From an uncultured Candidatus Saccharibacteria bacterium (lineage in GTDB: Bacteria > Patescibacteriota > Minisyncoccia > Phycocordibacterales > WO2-35-19): a stretch of 64,000 bases of DNA. A program made the position numbers and the translations under genes. Location of the stretch: contig CAZJPJ010000002.1 of the NCBI GenBank assembly GCA_964548205.1, forward strand, positions 5,737-69,736, in the 5' to 3' direction. The notes beneath the pieces were generated by a model. That model was not told the DNA's origin, made no database searches, and saw only the letters and a list, made by a program, of their open reading frames with translations. Shown here in pieces: positions 47,384 to 59,229 of this stretch; position 1 is the stretch's first letter; the number at the start of each line of letters is the position of its first letter.

Positions 47384-47773
47384 ATGGCATCAGATAGTAA
47401 ATCGAAAATCATGATTGTAGATGATGATGATTTTCTCTTAAACATGTACTCTCTAAAGTTCAGCAAGTCAGGTGCAGAGGTTCTAGTTTCTAGATCTGGC
47501 TCTGAGCTATTGGACCATTTGAAATCTGGAGTTGATCCAGATGTGATATTGCTAGATATTGTTTTGCCCGGTATGAATGGTATAGAGATACTTGAGGAGA
47601 TTAGAAAAAATAAATTTGCACCAGATTCAAAAATAGTAATGCTAACAAATCAAAATGATGAATCAGAGATTGCGAAGGCAAACGCTCTTGGTGTTGCTGG
47701 TTATATTGTGAAGTCTTCTGAAACTCCGTCTGAGGTGGTAGAAAATGTTCTTAGTATTTTAAAATCAAAATAA
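47384..47773 (+). CDS. Response regulator receiver protein (PilH/PilG-like, REC only)
   Basis: KIMIVDDDDF...ILLDIVLPGMNG...MLTNQ...GYIVKS. Confidence 0.8.
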   Translation: MASDSKSKIMIVDDDDFLLNMYSLKFSKSGAEVLVSRSGSELLDHLKSGVDPDVILLDIVLPGMNGIEILEEIRKNKFAPDSKIVMLTNQNDESEIAKANALGVAGYIVKSSETPSEVVENVLSILKSK

Positions 47774-47774
47774 T

Positions 47775-48827
47775 ATGGGTAGTAATATAGACACCCTCAT
47801 AGACCTAGTGGTCAAAGAAGGGGCATCGGACCTTCACTTAGCAGAAGGTAGGCCTCCGTATATAAGAATATCTGGAGAGCTTTTGCCTCTGCACAAAAGT
47901 GGGGCTATGACTCATCAGCATATAGAAAAAATAATAGACAGTATGCTTTCTGATGCAAAGAAAAAGGACTTTATCGAAAGGCAAAGTGCAGACTTGTCAT
48001 ACAACCATGCAAATTCTAGATTCCGAGTACATGTTAGTGTCGAACAGCAGCGTCTCTGTATTACTTTTAGGCATATAAAAGAGGATATACCAACTCTCTC
48101 TGAATTGAACCTTCCGGATTCTTTGGCAGATTTTTCTCGCAGAAAGTCTGGATTTTTCCTAGTGGTAGGTCCAACTGGAAACGGTAAATCTACCACACTA
48201 GCCTCACTCATAAACTTGATCAATCAAGAGAGACTTGAGAAGGTTGTGACTATAGAAGACCCTATAGAATACATATTCAAGCAAGACAAGTCTTTGATTT
48301 TCCAAAGAGAAGTAGGTATCGATACTCCAAGTTTCTCTCAAGCCCTAAATGATTCTTTCAGAGACGATATAAATGTTATAATGGTTGGCGAGATTCGTAA
48401 TCCAGAAACTATATCTACAGCTGTAACAGCCGCTGAAACTGGTCACCTTGTATATTCGACACTCCATACCAATAGCGCTGCTCAAACGGTAGATCGTATT
48501 ATAGATGCCTTTCCTGCAAACCAGCAAAATCAAATTCGCATTCAGCTCGCCGCTTCGCTTGCAGGTATCTTTTCGCAAAGATTGGTTCCGAAAATTTCTG
48601 GTGGCTTGGTTCCGGTTTTTGAGTTGCTTATTAACAACACCGCCATATCAAACCTTATCAGAGATAAACGCACTCATGAAATAAATGCAGTTATAGAGAC
48701 TAGTTCAAGTGAAGGGATGATTGATTTTAACAGGTGTCTAATAGAAAAGGTCCAAGCGGGTGACATATCTGTTGAGAATGCTTACTTGTATTCAAACAAC
48801 CCTAAAACTCTAGAAAAAATGTTATAA
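47775..48827 (+). CDS. pilT: Twitching motility (pilus retraction) ATPase PilT
   Basis: Walker A VVGPTGNGKSTTLASLI. PilT-specific AIRNLIRE-like motif (AISNLIRDKRTHEINAVIETS). Confidence 0.9.
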   Translation: MGSNIDTLIDLVVKEGASDLHLAEGRPPYIRISGELLPLHKSGAMTHQHIEKIIDSMLSDAKKKDFIERQSADLSYNHANSRFRVHVSVEQQRLCITFRHIKEDIPTLSELNLPDSLADFSRRKSGFFLVVGPTGNGKSTTLASLINLINQERLEKVVTIEDPIEYIFKQDKSLIFQREVGIDTPSFSQALNDSFRDDINVIMVGEIRNPETISTAVTAAETGHLVYSTLHTNSAAQTVDRIIDAFPANQQNQIRIQLAASLAGIFSQRLVPKISGGLVPVFELLINNTAISNLIRDKRTHEINAVIETSSSEGMIDFNRCLIEKVQAGDISVENAYLYSNNPKTLEKML

Positions 48828-48829
48828 AG

Positions 48830-50032
48830 ATGAAATTTGTTTACAAAACAATTGACAAAGATGGAAAGTTTCAGTCAGGAGAGATTGATTCTTTTAGTAT
48901 AGATACTGCTATAAGCAACTTGCAAAAGCGAGGGTTAGTTATATCTTCCATAAAACCAAAAGATAGTGGTAATTTTGTAGATAAAATACCTTTTTTGAAC
49001 ACGGTTTCAAACAAAGATATTGTGATTCTATCAAGGCAGATATCTACTTTGTTTGAGGCTCAAGTTTCAGCTTTGAGAGCGTTCAAGCTTATCGGTACAG
49101 AAAATACAAATCCAATACTTAGGAAACATTTGTTGCAAGTAGTAGATGATTTACAGGGTGGTAGCTCTATATCCAATGCTTTAGCCAAGCATCCGCAAGT
49201 TTTTTCTGATTTTTATGTAAACATGGTTCGATCAGGTGAAGAATCCGGTAAACTAGATGAAACGTTTTCTTACCTAGCGGATTACATGGATAGAACTTAC
49301 GAAGTGACCTCAAAAGCTAAGAACGCTCTGATTTATCCCGCCTTTGTTATATTCACCTTCATTGCAGTTATGGTCCTAATGTTTACGATTATTATCCCAA
49401 AGATTGGGGTTATCATAAAAGATTCTGGACAGGAGATACCGATTTATACAAAAGCGGTGTTTGCTGTCAGCGATTTTATGATCAACAATGGCGTTATAAT
49501 GGTAATCGGTATTTTGCTTATCGCAGGCCTTGGCTATTGGTATATAAAGACAGAAGAGGGGGGTAAACAGTTTTCAGTTATGAGGCTATATGTGCCGTAC
49601 GTTGGTGATTTGTTTAAGAAACTATATCTGTCTAGGTTTTGTGACAACATGAGTACTATGATCAGCTCAGGTATTCCGATGCTCAAATCTATAGAAGTTA
49701 CTTCTGCTATTATTGATAATGTCATATATAAAGACTTATTGAATTCTGCGTTGATCAAAGTAAAATCTGGTACTTCTCTTTCAGAATCGATATCTGATTC
49801 TGAGGTTATGCCGAAAATATTGACGCAAATGGTAAGGGTGGGAGAAGAGACTGGTGAGCTAGGTAAAATAATGAAGACCATGGCTAAGTTTTACCAGCGA
49901 GAGGTGATAAATGCGGTAGATACTCTGGTTGGACTTATAGAGCCAGTCATGATTGTATCTCTCGGTATTGGGGTTGGTATTTTGCTCGCTTCTGTGCTTG
50001 TGCCTATATACAATGTGGCTTCGGGTCTATAA
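48830..50032 (+). CDS. pilC: Type IV pilus inner-membrane platform protein PilC (GspF family)
   Basis: Two T2SF repeats with TM segments. ...MVRVGEETGELGKIMKTMAKFYQRE. Confidence 0.9.
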   Translation: MKFVYKTIDKDGKFQSGEIDSFSIDTAISNLQKRGLVISSIKPKDSGNFVDKIPFLNTVSNKDIVILSRQISTLFEAQVSALRAFKLIGTENTNPILRKHLLQVVDDLQGGSSISNALAKHPQVFSDFYVNMVRSGEESGKLDETFSYLADYMDRTYEVTSKAKNALIYPAFVIFTFIAVMVLMFTIIIPKIGVIIKDSGQEIPIYTKAVFAVSDFMINNGVIMVIGILLIAGLGYWYIKTEEGGKQFSVMRLYVPYVGDLFKKLYLSRFCDNMSTMISSGIPMLKSIEVTSAIIDNVIYKDLLNSALIKVKSGTSLSESISDSEVMPKILTQMVRVGEETGELGKIMKTMAKFYQREVINAVDTLVGLIEPVMIVSLGIGVGILLASVLVPIYNVASGL

Positions 50033-50158
50033 AGTCATTATCCACATTCTGGTCATAAATTTCTCTCCACTTGTTTATAATCTATATTAGCTTAATAGCA
50101 AGTTTGGTCGATTGCTTAAGCTTCTCTCTCGAGAGGGACATTATAAAAAAATACTATT

Positions 50159-50590
50159 TTGAAAATGAAAAATAAAGGTTTTACACTTATCGAGCTCTTG
50201 GTGGTTATTGCGATCATAGGTATTCTATCTTCTGTTGTTTTGGCTTCACTCAATACCGCTAGAACTAGGGGTCAAGATGCCAAAATGAAGTCTGAGATGT
50301 CAGGTCTTAGAGCGGCGGCAGAGTTGTATTATGACTCTAACTCTGCTTCCTACTCTGGTCTCTTCACTACAAACAATACATGTAACGCAACTGCTGGTAC
50401 TGCTCATGATCAGTATATAGACTCTATAGCTGCAGCTTCAAACTCTGAAGCTTGTTTCAGTGGCGCTGCTGGGTATGCTATGGTGGCTCAATTACCTAGT
50501 GGTACATATTGGTGTGTGGGTTATGATGGTGACTCTAAGTCTGTGGCTGGCACATCGGCGATCGGGGCATCAGATTTTGATTGTGATTAA
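50159..50590 (+). CDS. pilA: Type IV major pilin (prepilin with class III signal)
   Basis: MKMKNKG|FTLIELLVVIAIIGIL with Glu at +5. C-terminal Cys pair (C...DFDCD) forms a disulfide loop. Confidence 0.85.
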   Translation: MKMKNKGFTLIELLVVIAIIGILSSVVLASLNTARTRGQDAKMKSEMSGLRAAAELYYDSNSASYSGLFTTNNTCNATAGTAHDQYIDSIAAASNSEACFSGAAGYAMVAQLPSGTYWCVGYDGDSKSVAGTSAIGASDFDCD

Positions 50591-50640
50591 TTTTTGATTG
50601 CTACACGAAAACCCCTCTTTCTGTAATGGTTTGAGGGGTT

Positions 50641-51474
50641 TTGTGTTACAATTTTTCTGTGGCTTTATTACTTACAATTAAAATAATCATATTTTTTATT
50701 TTCGGCGCGTGTATTGGCAGCTTTGTAAATGTTGTGGCGCTTCGTTATGGGACTGGGTTATCTTTTTTCAGAGGAAGATCATTTTGTTTTTCATGTAACG
50801 AAAAGCTCGGGTTTATAGATCTTATTCCTATTTTTTCCTTCCTCTTTCTAAGAGGGAAGTGTCGATATTGCCATTCCGTAATACCGAAAAATCTACTATT
50901 TTCGGAAATCATAATGGGTTTTTTGTCAGTTTGTGCGGCTTATAAAGTTGGCTTTTTACAGACTGGCCTTCTAACTAATTTTAATGTTAGCTTTATTCTG
51001 GATTATCTTTCTCTTGTCTCGCTGTTTGCCATTGTCTTTTTGATAACCATTTATGATATAAAACATCTTATAATTCCTGATACTTTTTTAATAGCATTAT
51101 TGCTGTCATCTTTTGTTTACTGGTTTCCTCTGTTGGTTAGTCTTGAACGTGTTGCCTCCGGCGTCTTATTATCCCTACCTTTTCTACTTATCTTTTATAT
51201 TTCACGGGGACGTTGGATGGGGTTTGGAGACATAAAGTATATAGCCCTGATCGGGTACATGTTCGGCTTGTACCAAGGGGTATCTGTTGTCACTTTATCT
51301 TTTTGGATCGGAGCTCTGGTCTCTGTAATTATCTTATCTCTCCAGAAAATTAGAGATAAGCGCGGTTTGCATCCATATTTCAATAAGATTACAATTAAGT
51401 CCGAGATACCTTTCGGTCCTTTTCTATCAGTGGCAATTATCTTTGTGGTAATTTTTAATATAAATGTTTATTGA
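50641..51474 (+). CDS. pilD: Prepilin peptidase PilD (A24 family)
   Basis: Tetracysteine motif (CFSCNEKL...CRYC). Catalytic-Asp regions (IPDT; GFGDIKYIALIG). Eight TM segments. Confidence 0.85.
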   Translation: MCYNFSVALLLTIKIIIFFIFGACIGSFVNVVALRYGTGLSFFRGRSFCFSCNEKLGFIDLIPIFSFLFLRGKCRYCHSVIPKNLLFSEIIMGFLSVCAAYKVGFLQTGLLTNFNVSFILDYLSLVSLFAIVFLITIYDIKHLIIPDTFLIALLLSSFVYWFPLLVSLERVASGVLLSLPFLLIFYISRGRWMGFGDIKYIALIGYMFGLYQGVSVVTLSFWIGALVSVIILSLQKIRDKRGLHPYFNKITIKSEIPFGPFLSVAIIFVVIFNINVY

Positions 51475-52115
51475 TGAAATTTTCCAACCACAAAAGAGGT
51501 TTTAGTATCGCAGAACTTATCGTGGTTGGGGCGATCATATCTATACTTTCAAGCGTAATTCTGACAGGGCAGGTAAGATATGGAGATAAGGCAGCTACGT
51601 TTGAACGTGCATACAAGATTTCTTCTGATATTAAGAGGGCTCAGACTGAAGCTCTAGCAGCAAAGAAATGGCCCTGCACCTTGCCGGGTGTTCCTGACAG
51701 TTTTGATGTAAACATAGGTGTAAGTTTTTCTGTTAGTAATCTAAATCAGTACAATTATTTTGCAGACCTAAGTCCTGATAGGATTTTTACTTCATCTGAG
51801 CTCAATACTCCATGCTCTTATGAGACATTCTCGACCAAGATATATAAGATATGTGTGGATAGACCTTCTGGTTCTAGTAAGATATGCATGCCAGATAACC
51901 CTAACTTTACTCAGGTAAATATTATTTTTAATAGACCTGATCCAAGGCCTGATATTTATTTTGGTTGTGGAGCTAGCGTCAGTCCTTGTGGTGGTGTGAA
52001 TATCCGAACTCCGATTTATCTGTATTTTGCAGATTCAAAAGGTGGTAGTTATGTGGAATTGAAATATGATAAGGGTGGTCAAGTGGCTATAAAGAGCGTA
52101 GGTTCTACTCCTTAA
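51471..52115 (+). CDS. Minor (pseudo)pilin 1
   Basis: Prepilin motif KRG|FSIAELIVVGAIISIL. Confidence 0.65.
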   Translation: MMKFSNHKRGFSIAELIVVGAIISILSSVILTGQVRYGDKAATFERAYKISSDIKRAQTEALAAKKWPCTLPGVPDSFDVNIGVSFSVSNLNQYNYFADLSPDRIFTSSELNTPCSYETFSTKIYKICVDRPSGSSKICMPDNPNFTQVNIIFNRPDPRPDIYFGCGASVSPCGGVNIRTPIYLYFADSKGGSYVELKYDKGGQVAIKSVGSTP

Positions 52116-52116
52116 A

Positions 52117-52665
52117 ATGAAGCATCTTTTAAAAAAAGAAAGAGGTTTTACATTGGTTGAGATGATTGTTGCTGTCGGCCTTTTCCTTATCTGTGTTTCT
52201 ATTGCTACAGGAGCAGTCTCTATCCTCATTGATTCAAGTCGTAGAGTTCAAACCAATAAAAACGTACTAGACAATTTCAACCTTGCCATTGAGGAAATGA
52301 CTCGTTTTATTCGTTATGGTAAAAATTATCATTGTGGCAATACTGGTACCTACAGCGTTCCTCAGGATTGTATAAATGGTAGCGATTTTCTCGCTGTTCA
52401 ATTTAAAGCATATACTTATATATTCAAGAAGGTTGGATCTACTCTGGTCCTAGATGATCAGGATACCTTTGATAAGAATCTTTCTTCTGAGGATGTGGTT
52501 ATCACAAACTTAACCTTCTACACCTATGGTACTACGAGTGGAGTTGGTGATACTATTCAACCGTATGTAATCATAAAAATAGCAGGATATATAAAATCTG
52601 GAGCCAATTCCCAAATAAATTTTGATTTACAGACTACTGCTTCACAAAGGGATGTCGATATATAA
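52117..52665 (+). CDS. Minor (pseudo)pilin 2
   Basis: ERG|FTLVEMIVAVGLFLI. Confidence 0.65.
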   Translation: MKHLLKKERGFTLVEMIVAVGLFLICVSIATGAVSILIDSSRRVQTNKNVLDNFNLAIEEMTRFIRYGKNYHCGNTGTYSVPQDCINGSDFLAVQFKAYTYIFKKVGSTLVLDDQDTFDKNLSSEDVVITNLTFYTYGTTSGVGDTIQPYVIIKIAGYIKSGANSQINFDLQTTASQRDVDI

Positions 52666-53232
52666 ATGAATAAGGTGTATAAAAAAAATAATAAGGCTTT
52701 TGGTATCATAGAACTAATTATTTCTATAGCTATTATTGCGTCTGTCATAGCTTCCGTGGCTACAGTATTGAGAGATAGCATAAAGGCTTCTTCCTTGGCA
52801 AAAGACGAAGTTCAGGCTATATATCTGGCACAAGATGCCGTAGAGATATTGCGTCATGTGAGAGACAACAACCGCTTGTCTTATTTAAGGGGTAACAACA
52901 CTAACTGGCTTCAAGACATAGCTAGAGTGTCAACAGATCCTTGTTATTTTGGAAAGACTTGTATGGTTGATGCTACTAAGAATAATTTTGGCAACCTTAC
53001 TTTTTTTAGGTCATGCACTAGCACTTTCGAATCTTGTGATTTTCTGCGTCAAAATACCTCGACTGGCTTGTATGGATACGATACCGCTTGGACCCAAACT
53101 AAATACAAAAGGGCTATATCACTTACTCAAAATTCTGCAAATGATGTCTTGGTGACGGTAAGTGTAAAGTGGTCAAGAGGTATAAATGATTATGATTATA
53201 CTTACAAGACCATTTTAATGAATTGGAAATAG
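52666..53232 (+). CDS. Minor (pseudo)pilin 3
   Basis: KAFGIIELIISIAIIASV. Confidence 0.6.
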   Translation: MNKVYKKNNKAFGIIELIISIAIIASVIASVATVLRDSIKASSLAKDEVQAIYLAQDAVEILRHVRDNNRLSYLRGNNTNWLQDIARVSTDPCYFGKTCMVDATKNNFGNLTFFRSCTSTFESCDFLRQNTSTGLYGYDTAWTQTKYKRAISLTQNSANDVLVTVSVKWSRGINDYDYTYKTILMNWK

Positions 53233-53236
53233 GATT

Positions 53237-53740
53237 ATGAATAAATTTTACACATCAAAAAAAGGATTCTCTATATATCTAGCTGTCATTATGAGTGCTG
53301 CTTTGTTGACTGTGGCAGTATCTGTCTCAAAAATAAGCTCTTCTAGTCTTAAGTATGTAAATATAAACAAAGAGTCTCAGGCTGCGTATTTTGCTGCAGA
53401 AGCTGGTCTTGAGTGTGCATTGTATTGGGACACTTATCCTTCTGTGTCTGCTTTTGATTATAATACTGCAAATACTATTACTTGTCTTGGTCAGGTGATG
53501 AGTGGGGGTATAGCTTTGCCAAACGGCCAGACTAGTCTAGTGGGCGGAGGAGGTGCCTCAAATTATATAAGTAATTTTCTTTTCTATATGGAGCCAGGTG
53601 CTAGTCAAACATCTAAACCGTGTGTTTATGTTACGGTATCTAAAGCCGGTTTTACTACAATAATAAAGTCGAGAGGGTACAATATATGTTCGTTTAGTGA
53701 TCCACGCATTCTTGAAAGAGGTATCGACACCACCTATTGA
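53237..53740 (+). CDS. Minor pilin-like protein lacking Glu+5 (PilX/GspK-like)
   Basis: KKG|FSIYLAVIMSAALLTVAV. Hydrophobic N-terminal helix without the conserved E5. Confidence 0.5.
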   Translation: MNKFYTSKKGFSIYLAVIMSAALLTVAVSVSKISSSSLKYVNINKESQAAYFAAEAGLECALYWDTYPSVSAFDYNTANTITCLGQVMSGGIALPNGQTSLVGGGGASNYISNFLFYMEPGASQTSKPCVYVTVSKAGFTTIIKSRGYNICSFSDPRILERGIDTTY

Positions 53741-53769
53741 TACGCTATTACTTTGTAAGTTGGTTGTGA

Positions 53770-55827
<2,058 letters not shown>

Positions 55828-55842
55828 CGATAATATGCTTCT

Positions 55843-56130
55843 ATGGTAAATAAGGATGATGTCCAAGAATTAGCCAATTTGTCTCGTATTGAGATAACTG
55901 AAAATGAAGCGCAAGAGCTATCAAAAGAGATAGAAGATATCTTGGGTTATGTCGGCCAAGTGTCGCAGATAGCTTTTTCACACAAAACGGATGACATTGT
56001 TTTTGGTAGTACTAGAAATGTTTGGCGCGAAGATGATGCTGTTACTCAAAGTGGTGAATACAGCAAAGAGCTTATAGAAGCTTTTCCTGAAAAGGAGGGG
56101 GATCTTTTGAAGGTTAAGAAAGTTCTTTAG
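55843..56130 (+). CDS. gatC: Asp/Glu-tRNA amidotransferase subunit C
   Basis: Size, position before gatA, and ...LSRIEITE.E......I..ILGYV pattern. Confidence 0.75.
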   Translation: MVNKDDVQELANLSRIEITENEAQELSKEIEDILGYVGQVSQIAFSHKTDDIVFGSTRNVWREDDAVTQSGEYSKELIEAFPEKEGDLLKVKKVL

Positions 56131-56144
56131 TTTGGGTCAAAAAT

Positions 56145-57560
56145 ATGGATATAAAAAATCTAACAATCAAAGAAGCAAGAATTCTTTTGGATAAAAAAGA
56201 TATCTCGGCAGAAGAGCTCTCAGGGTATTATCTAAAAAATATTGAATCCAAAAATAAAAAACTCAATGTTTATTTGGAAGTTTATGATGATGTCTTGGAG
56301 CAGGCAAAAAACGCACAATTGTTGATAGATCAAGGTAAATCTATGCCACTTACTGGTATCCCGCTTTCGTTAAAAGATAATCTTTTAGTAAAAGGCAGGA
56401 AGGTTAGCGCTGCTTCTAAGATGCTTGAAAACTATACTGCTTCCTATACAGCTACGGCAGTACAAAAACTGATAGATCAAGGTGCTGTTTTGCTCGGCCG
56501 AGTCAATATGGACGAATTTGCTTGTGGAGGTTCTACAGAAAATTCAGCTTTTGGTGTTACTTACAATCCCCATGATATAGAGAGGGTGGCCGGTGGTTCA
56601 AGTGGCGGTAGTGCTGCAAGTGTAGCTGCAGACATGGCCCTAGGTTCACTTGGGTCTGACACGGGCGGATCAGTGAGAGAGCCAGCGGGATTCTGTGGTG
56701 TAGTAGGTTTAAAGCCAACATACGGAAGTGTATCTAGAAACGGTCTTATGGCCATGGGTTCTTCTCTTGATATCATCGGTACGTTGACAAAGAATGTGGC
56801 TGATGCTGAGATTCTTTTCGACAGCATAAAAGGTAAGGACAAAATGGATGCTACATCAATCGAGCTGGAATATAAAAGTCAGCAGCTAAAAGCCAATACT
56901 GTTGGCATACCAAGACACTTACTCGAGATGGACGGTATCTCTAAAGAAGTGCGTGACAATTTTGAACAATCAGTAAAGAAGCTCAAAGACCTAGGTTTTG
57001 AAATAGTAGATTTGAAACTGCCTAATATCGAGAAAGCTTTGGCTGTCTACTACATCATAATGCCAGCAGAACTCTCGTCAAACTTAGCACGCTTCGATGG
57101 TATGAGATACGGACTAAGAAGTGAAGGAGATAATTTAATGTCGGTTTACAAAAATTCTCGTCGCAATGGTTTTGGTAGTGAAATAAGGCGCAGGATTATT
57201 CTCGGCACTTATGTTTTGTCAGCAGGGTATTACGATGCCTTTTATGGCAAAGCCATGATCGCTCGCGAAATTATCAAACAAGATTTTGAAGAAGCTTTTA
57301 AAAAAGTAGATGTGGTCATTACTCCGACTGCTCCGACTCCTGCGTGGAAGGTGGGGGAGAAGTCGAGCCCTTTGGAAGTTTACCTTGCAGATATATTTAC
57401 AGTCTCAGCTAACATTGCTGGTATACCAGCAATGTCAGTACCGGGAGGATTTGCTAAAATAAATGGCAAGGATCTTCCCATTGGTGTTCAGTTTATGGCG
57501 CCAAATCTAAATGAAGATGCTTTGTTTTCCTTGGGTAAGAAATTCCTAGGCGAAAAATAA
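56145..57560 (+). CDS. gatA: Asp/Glu-tRNA amidotransferase subunit A (amidase)
   Basis: Amidase signature GGSSGGSAASVAA and Ser-cisSer-Lys triad context. Confidence 0.9.
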   Translation: MDIKNLTIKEARILLDKKDISAEELSGYYLKNIESKNKKLNVYLEVYDDVLEQAKNAQLLIDQGKSMPLTGIPLSLKDNLLVKGRKVSAASKMLENYTASYTATAVQKLIDQGAVLLGRVNMDEFACGGSTENSAFGVTYNPHDIERVAGGSSGGSAASVAADMALGSLGSDTGGSVREPAGFCGVVGLKPTYGSVSRNGLMAMGSSLDIIGTLTKNVADAEILFDSIKGKDKMDATSIELEYKSQQLKANTVGIPRHLLEMDGISKEVRDNFEQSVKKLKDLGFEIVDLKLPNIEKALAVYYIIMPAELSSNLARFDGMRYGLRSEGDNLMSVYKNSRRNGFGSEIRRRIILGTYVLSAGYYDAFYGKAMIAREIIKQDFEEAFKKVDVVITPTAPTPAWKVGEKSSPLEVYLADIFTVSANIAGIPAMSVPGGFAKINGKDLPIGVQFMAPNLNEDALFSLGKKFLGEK

Positions 57561-57564
57561 AAAA

Positions 57565-58305
57565 ATGGACAAAGAAGAAGAAAAAAGTGATGGTTGGAAT
57601 CTAGACCCTGTAGAAGCTATCTATGTGTTACTTATCATAAGTGTAATATTGGGGTCTTTGTTGCCAGCATTGTTTGGTTATATAAAGAGCGGAAGTGTTA
57701 CTTTTTTTGGGATACCGATGGGTGAGTTGGGTAGTTCTATTTTGGGCATCTTCAAATACTCTTGGCTTTTTAAGATATTAGGTTTTTCTATAGCAGGTGT
57801 CGCGGCAGTTGCTACTTTTGTTTGGAATAAGATGGCTGATTCTGTGTTGCAAACAGTGCTCTCTGGCCTCTATCCTAGTACAGGATCTATGGCTGGTGTT
57901 TCAAGTGTGGTTACAAACAGGACGCTTTCTGGTTCGGTGGCTCAGAATGGCGGTATGGTCGTAGTAAATAGCAATGGTAACAGTAAGTCAGCCAAAAATA
58001 AGTGGCAGAAAATTATCGACCTTGTCGAATCAAATGAGGAATCAAACTGGAGGCTTGCTATTATCGAAGCTGACATAATCCTCGATTCTCTACTAGAAAC
58101 ACTTCAACTTCCGGGACAAACCATAGGAGACAAGCTAAAAGCCGTGGAACCAAGTGATTTTCTTACCCTTGACTACGCTTGGGAGGCCCATAAAGCACGC
58201 AATGCTGTAGCTCACAAAGGAAGTGAGTTTTTACTCAATCAACGCGAAGCTCGCCGTGTTATCTCTCTCTATGAAATGGTTTTCAAGGAGTTTTATCTTA
58301 TATAA
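57565..58305 (+). CDS. Hypothetical membrane protein
   Basis: Three N-terminal TM segments, then a Ser/Gly/Asn-rich region and a helical C-terminal domain. No family recognised. Confidence 0.45.
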   Translation: MDKEEEKSDGWNLDPVEAIYVLLIISVILGSLLPALFGYIKSGSVTFFGIPMGELGSSILGIFKYSWLFKILGFSIAGVAAVATFVWNKMADSVLQTVLSGLYPSTGSMAGVSSVVTNRTLSGSVAQNGGMVVVNSNGNSKSAKNKWQKIIDLVESNEESNWRLAIIEADIILDSLLETLQLPGQTIGDKLKAVEPSDFLTLDYAWEAHKARNAVAHKGSEFLLNQREARRVISLYEMVFKEFYLI

Positions 58306-58530
58306 CTTGTGTTTACATTGAGCTTGCCGAAGTGTTGCGGGCCGCTTCTAACGAGTCTCGCAAAATTTATTCCAAGATTGTTGCGGGGCCCAGACTCGCA
58401 CTAGGATCTTTTGGTTATGAGCCAAACGAATTACTTTACTCTACCCCGCAGATAATGATGTGAAAAATACTATCATATTTTTCATAGAATGCAAAATATC
58501 TAAAAGTGTGATAGATTTTCTATGCAAAAC

Positions 58531-58603
58531 GACGGAGTAGCTCAGTTGGTAGAGCACAGGACTCATAAGCCTGGGGTCGTGGGTTCAATCCCCACCTCCG
58601 TCA
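58531..58603 (+). tRNA. tRNA with CAT anticodon (Met elongator, or Ile2 if lysidinylated)
   Basis: Acceptor gacggag/ctccgtc, D arm gctc-agttggta-gagc, anticodon loop ctCATaa, T arm gtggg-ttcaatc-cccac, discriminator A. One A:G mismatch at 31:39. An extended -10 (TGaTAGATT) lies ~12 nt upstream. Confidence 0.75.
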
Positions 58604-58607
58604 CAAT

Positions 58608-58829
58608 ATGAAGAAAATCCAATACATAACCCTAAGAGTATTTTTTGTAACTATGCTCTTATGTGCCGCTATCTTTCTGTACATGGTATGGACAGCAGCT
58701 CCAAACGGGCCAGATGAATTTGGCCTAAAAAACCAAGTGGCTTTCACAAGTTTTGTAGTTGGCTTAGCCTCTTTCCTTATTTGGCTCACTACTATGATAG
58801 TGGATATCAGGGATAGGATGAGTAAATAG
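58608..58829 (+). CDS. Hypothetical small membrane protein (2 TM)
   Basis: 73-aa ORF starting 5 nt after the tRNA. Confidence 0.4.
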   Translation: MKKIQYITLRVFFVTMLLCAAIFLYMVWTAAPNGPDEFGLKNQVAFTSFVVGLASFLIWLTTMIVDIRDRMSK

Positions 58830-58851
58830 TTCTAAATTTTTTCTAAATACT

Positions 58852-59208
58852 CTACATACCCAGTGTGCTTATAGTGTCTACATAAGTACGCAAGAAGGCT
58901 GGTATGGCAAATACAAGGCCTATGACTGGCACCACGAATACTATTATAGTGATGATAGCTGTCCACTTTATATAATTGCGTATTTTTTCTACTGATATAT
59001 GTACTGCATCGATCTTGCGCTCGAGCTCATCGAGCCTTTTTTGGATATCTGGTTGCATGAGTACATAGTAGCATTTTGAGGTTGAGATATGTAGAAGGGG
59101 CGTGAATTCATGCTTGACCATATAGTAAAAAGCCTCTTTGAAATTGTGTAATTTCATGTATAATAACCTTCGTTCTTCCAGATTATTTTTAGATAGGAAG
59201 AAACGCAT
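58852..59208 (-). CDS. Hypothetical membrane-anchored protein
   Basis: 118-aa ORF with a C-terminal TM (WTAIITIIVFVVPVIGLVFAIPAFL). Confidence 0.4.
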   Translation of the reverse strand: MRFFLSKNNLEERRLLYMKLHNFKEAFYYMVKHEFTPLLHISTSKCYYVLMQPDIQKRLDELERKIDAVHISVEKIRNYIKWTAIITIIVFVVPVIGLVFAIPAFLRTYVDTISTLGM

Positions 59209-59229
59209 TTTTGAAAGATTTATAAAAAT

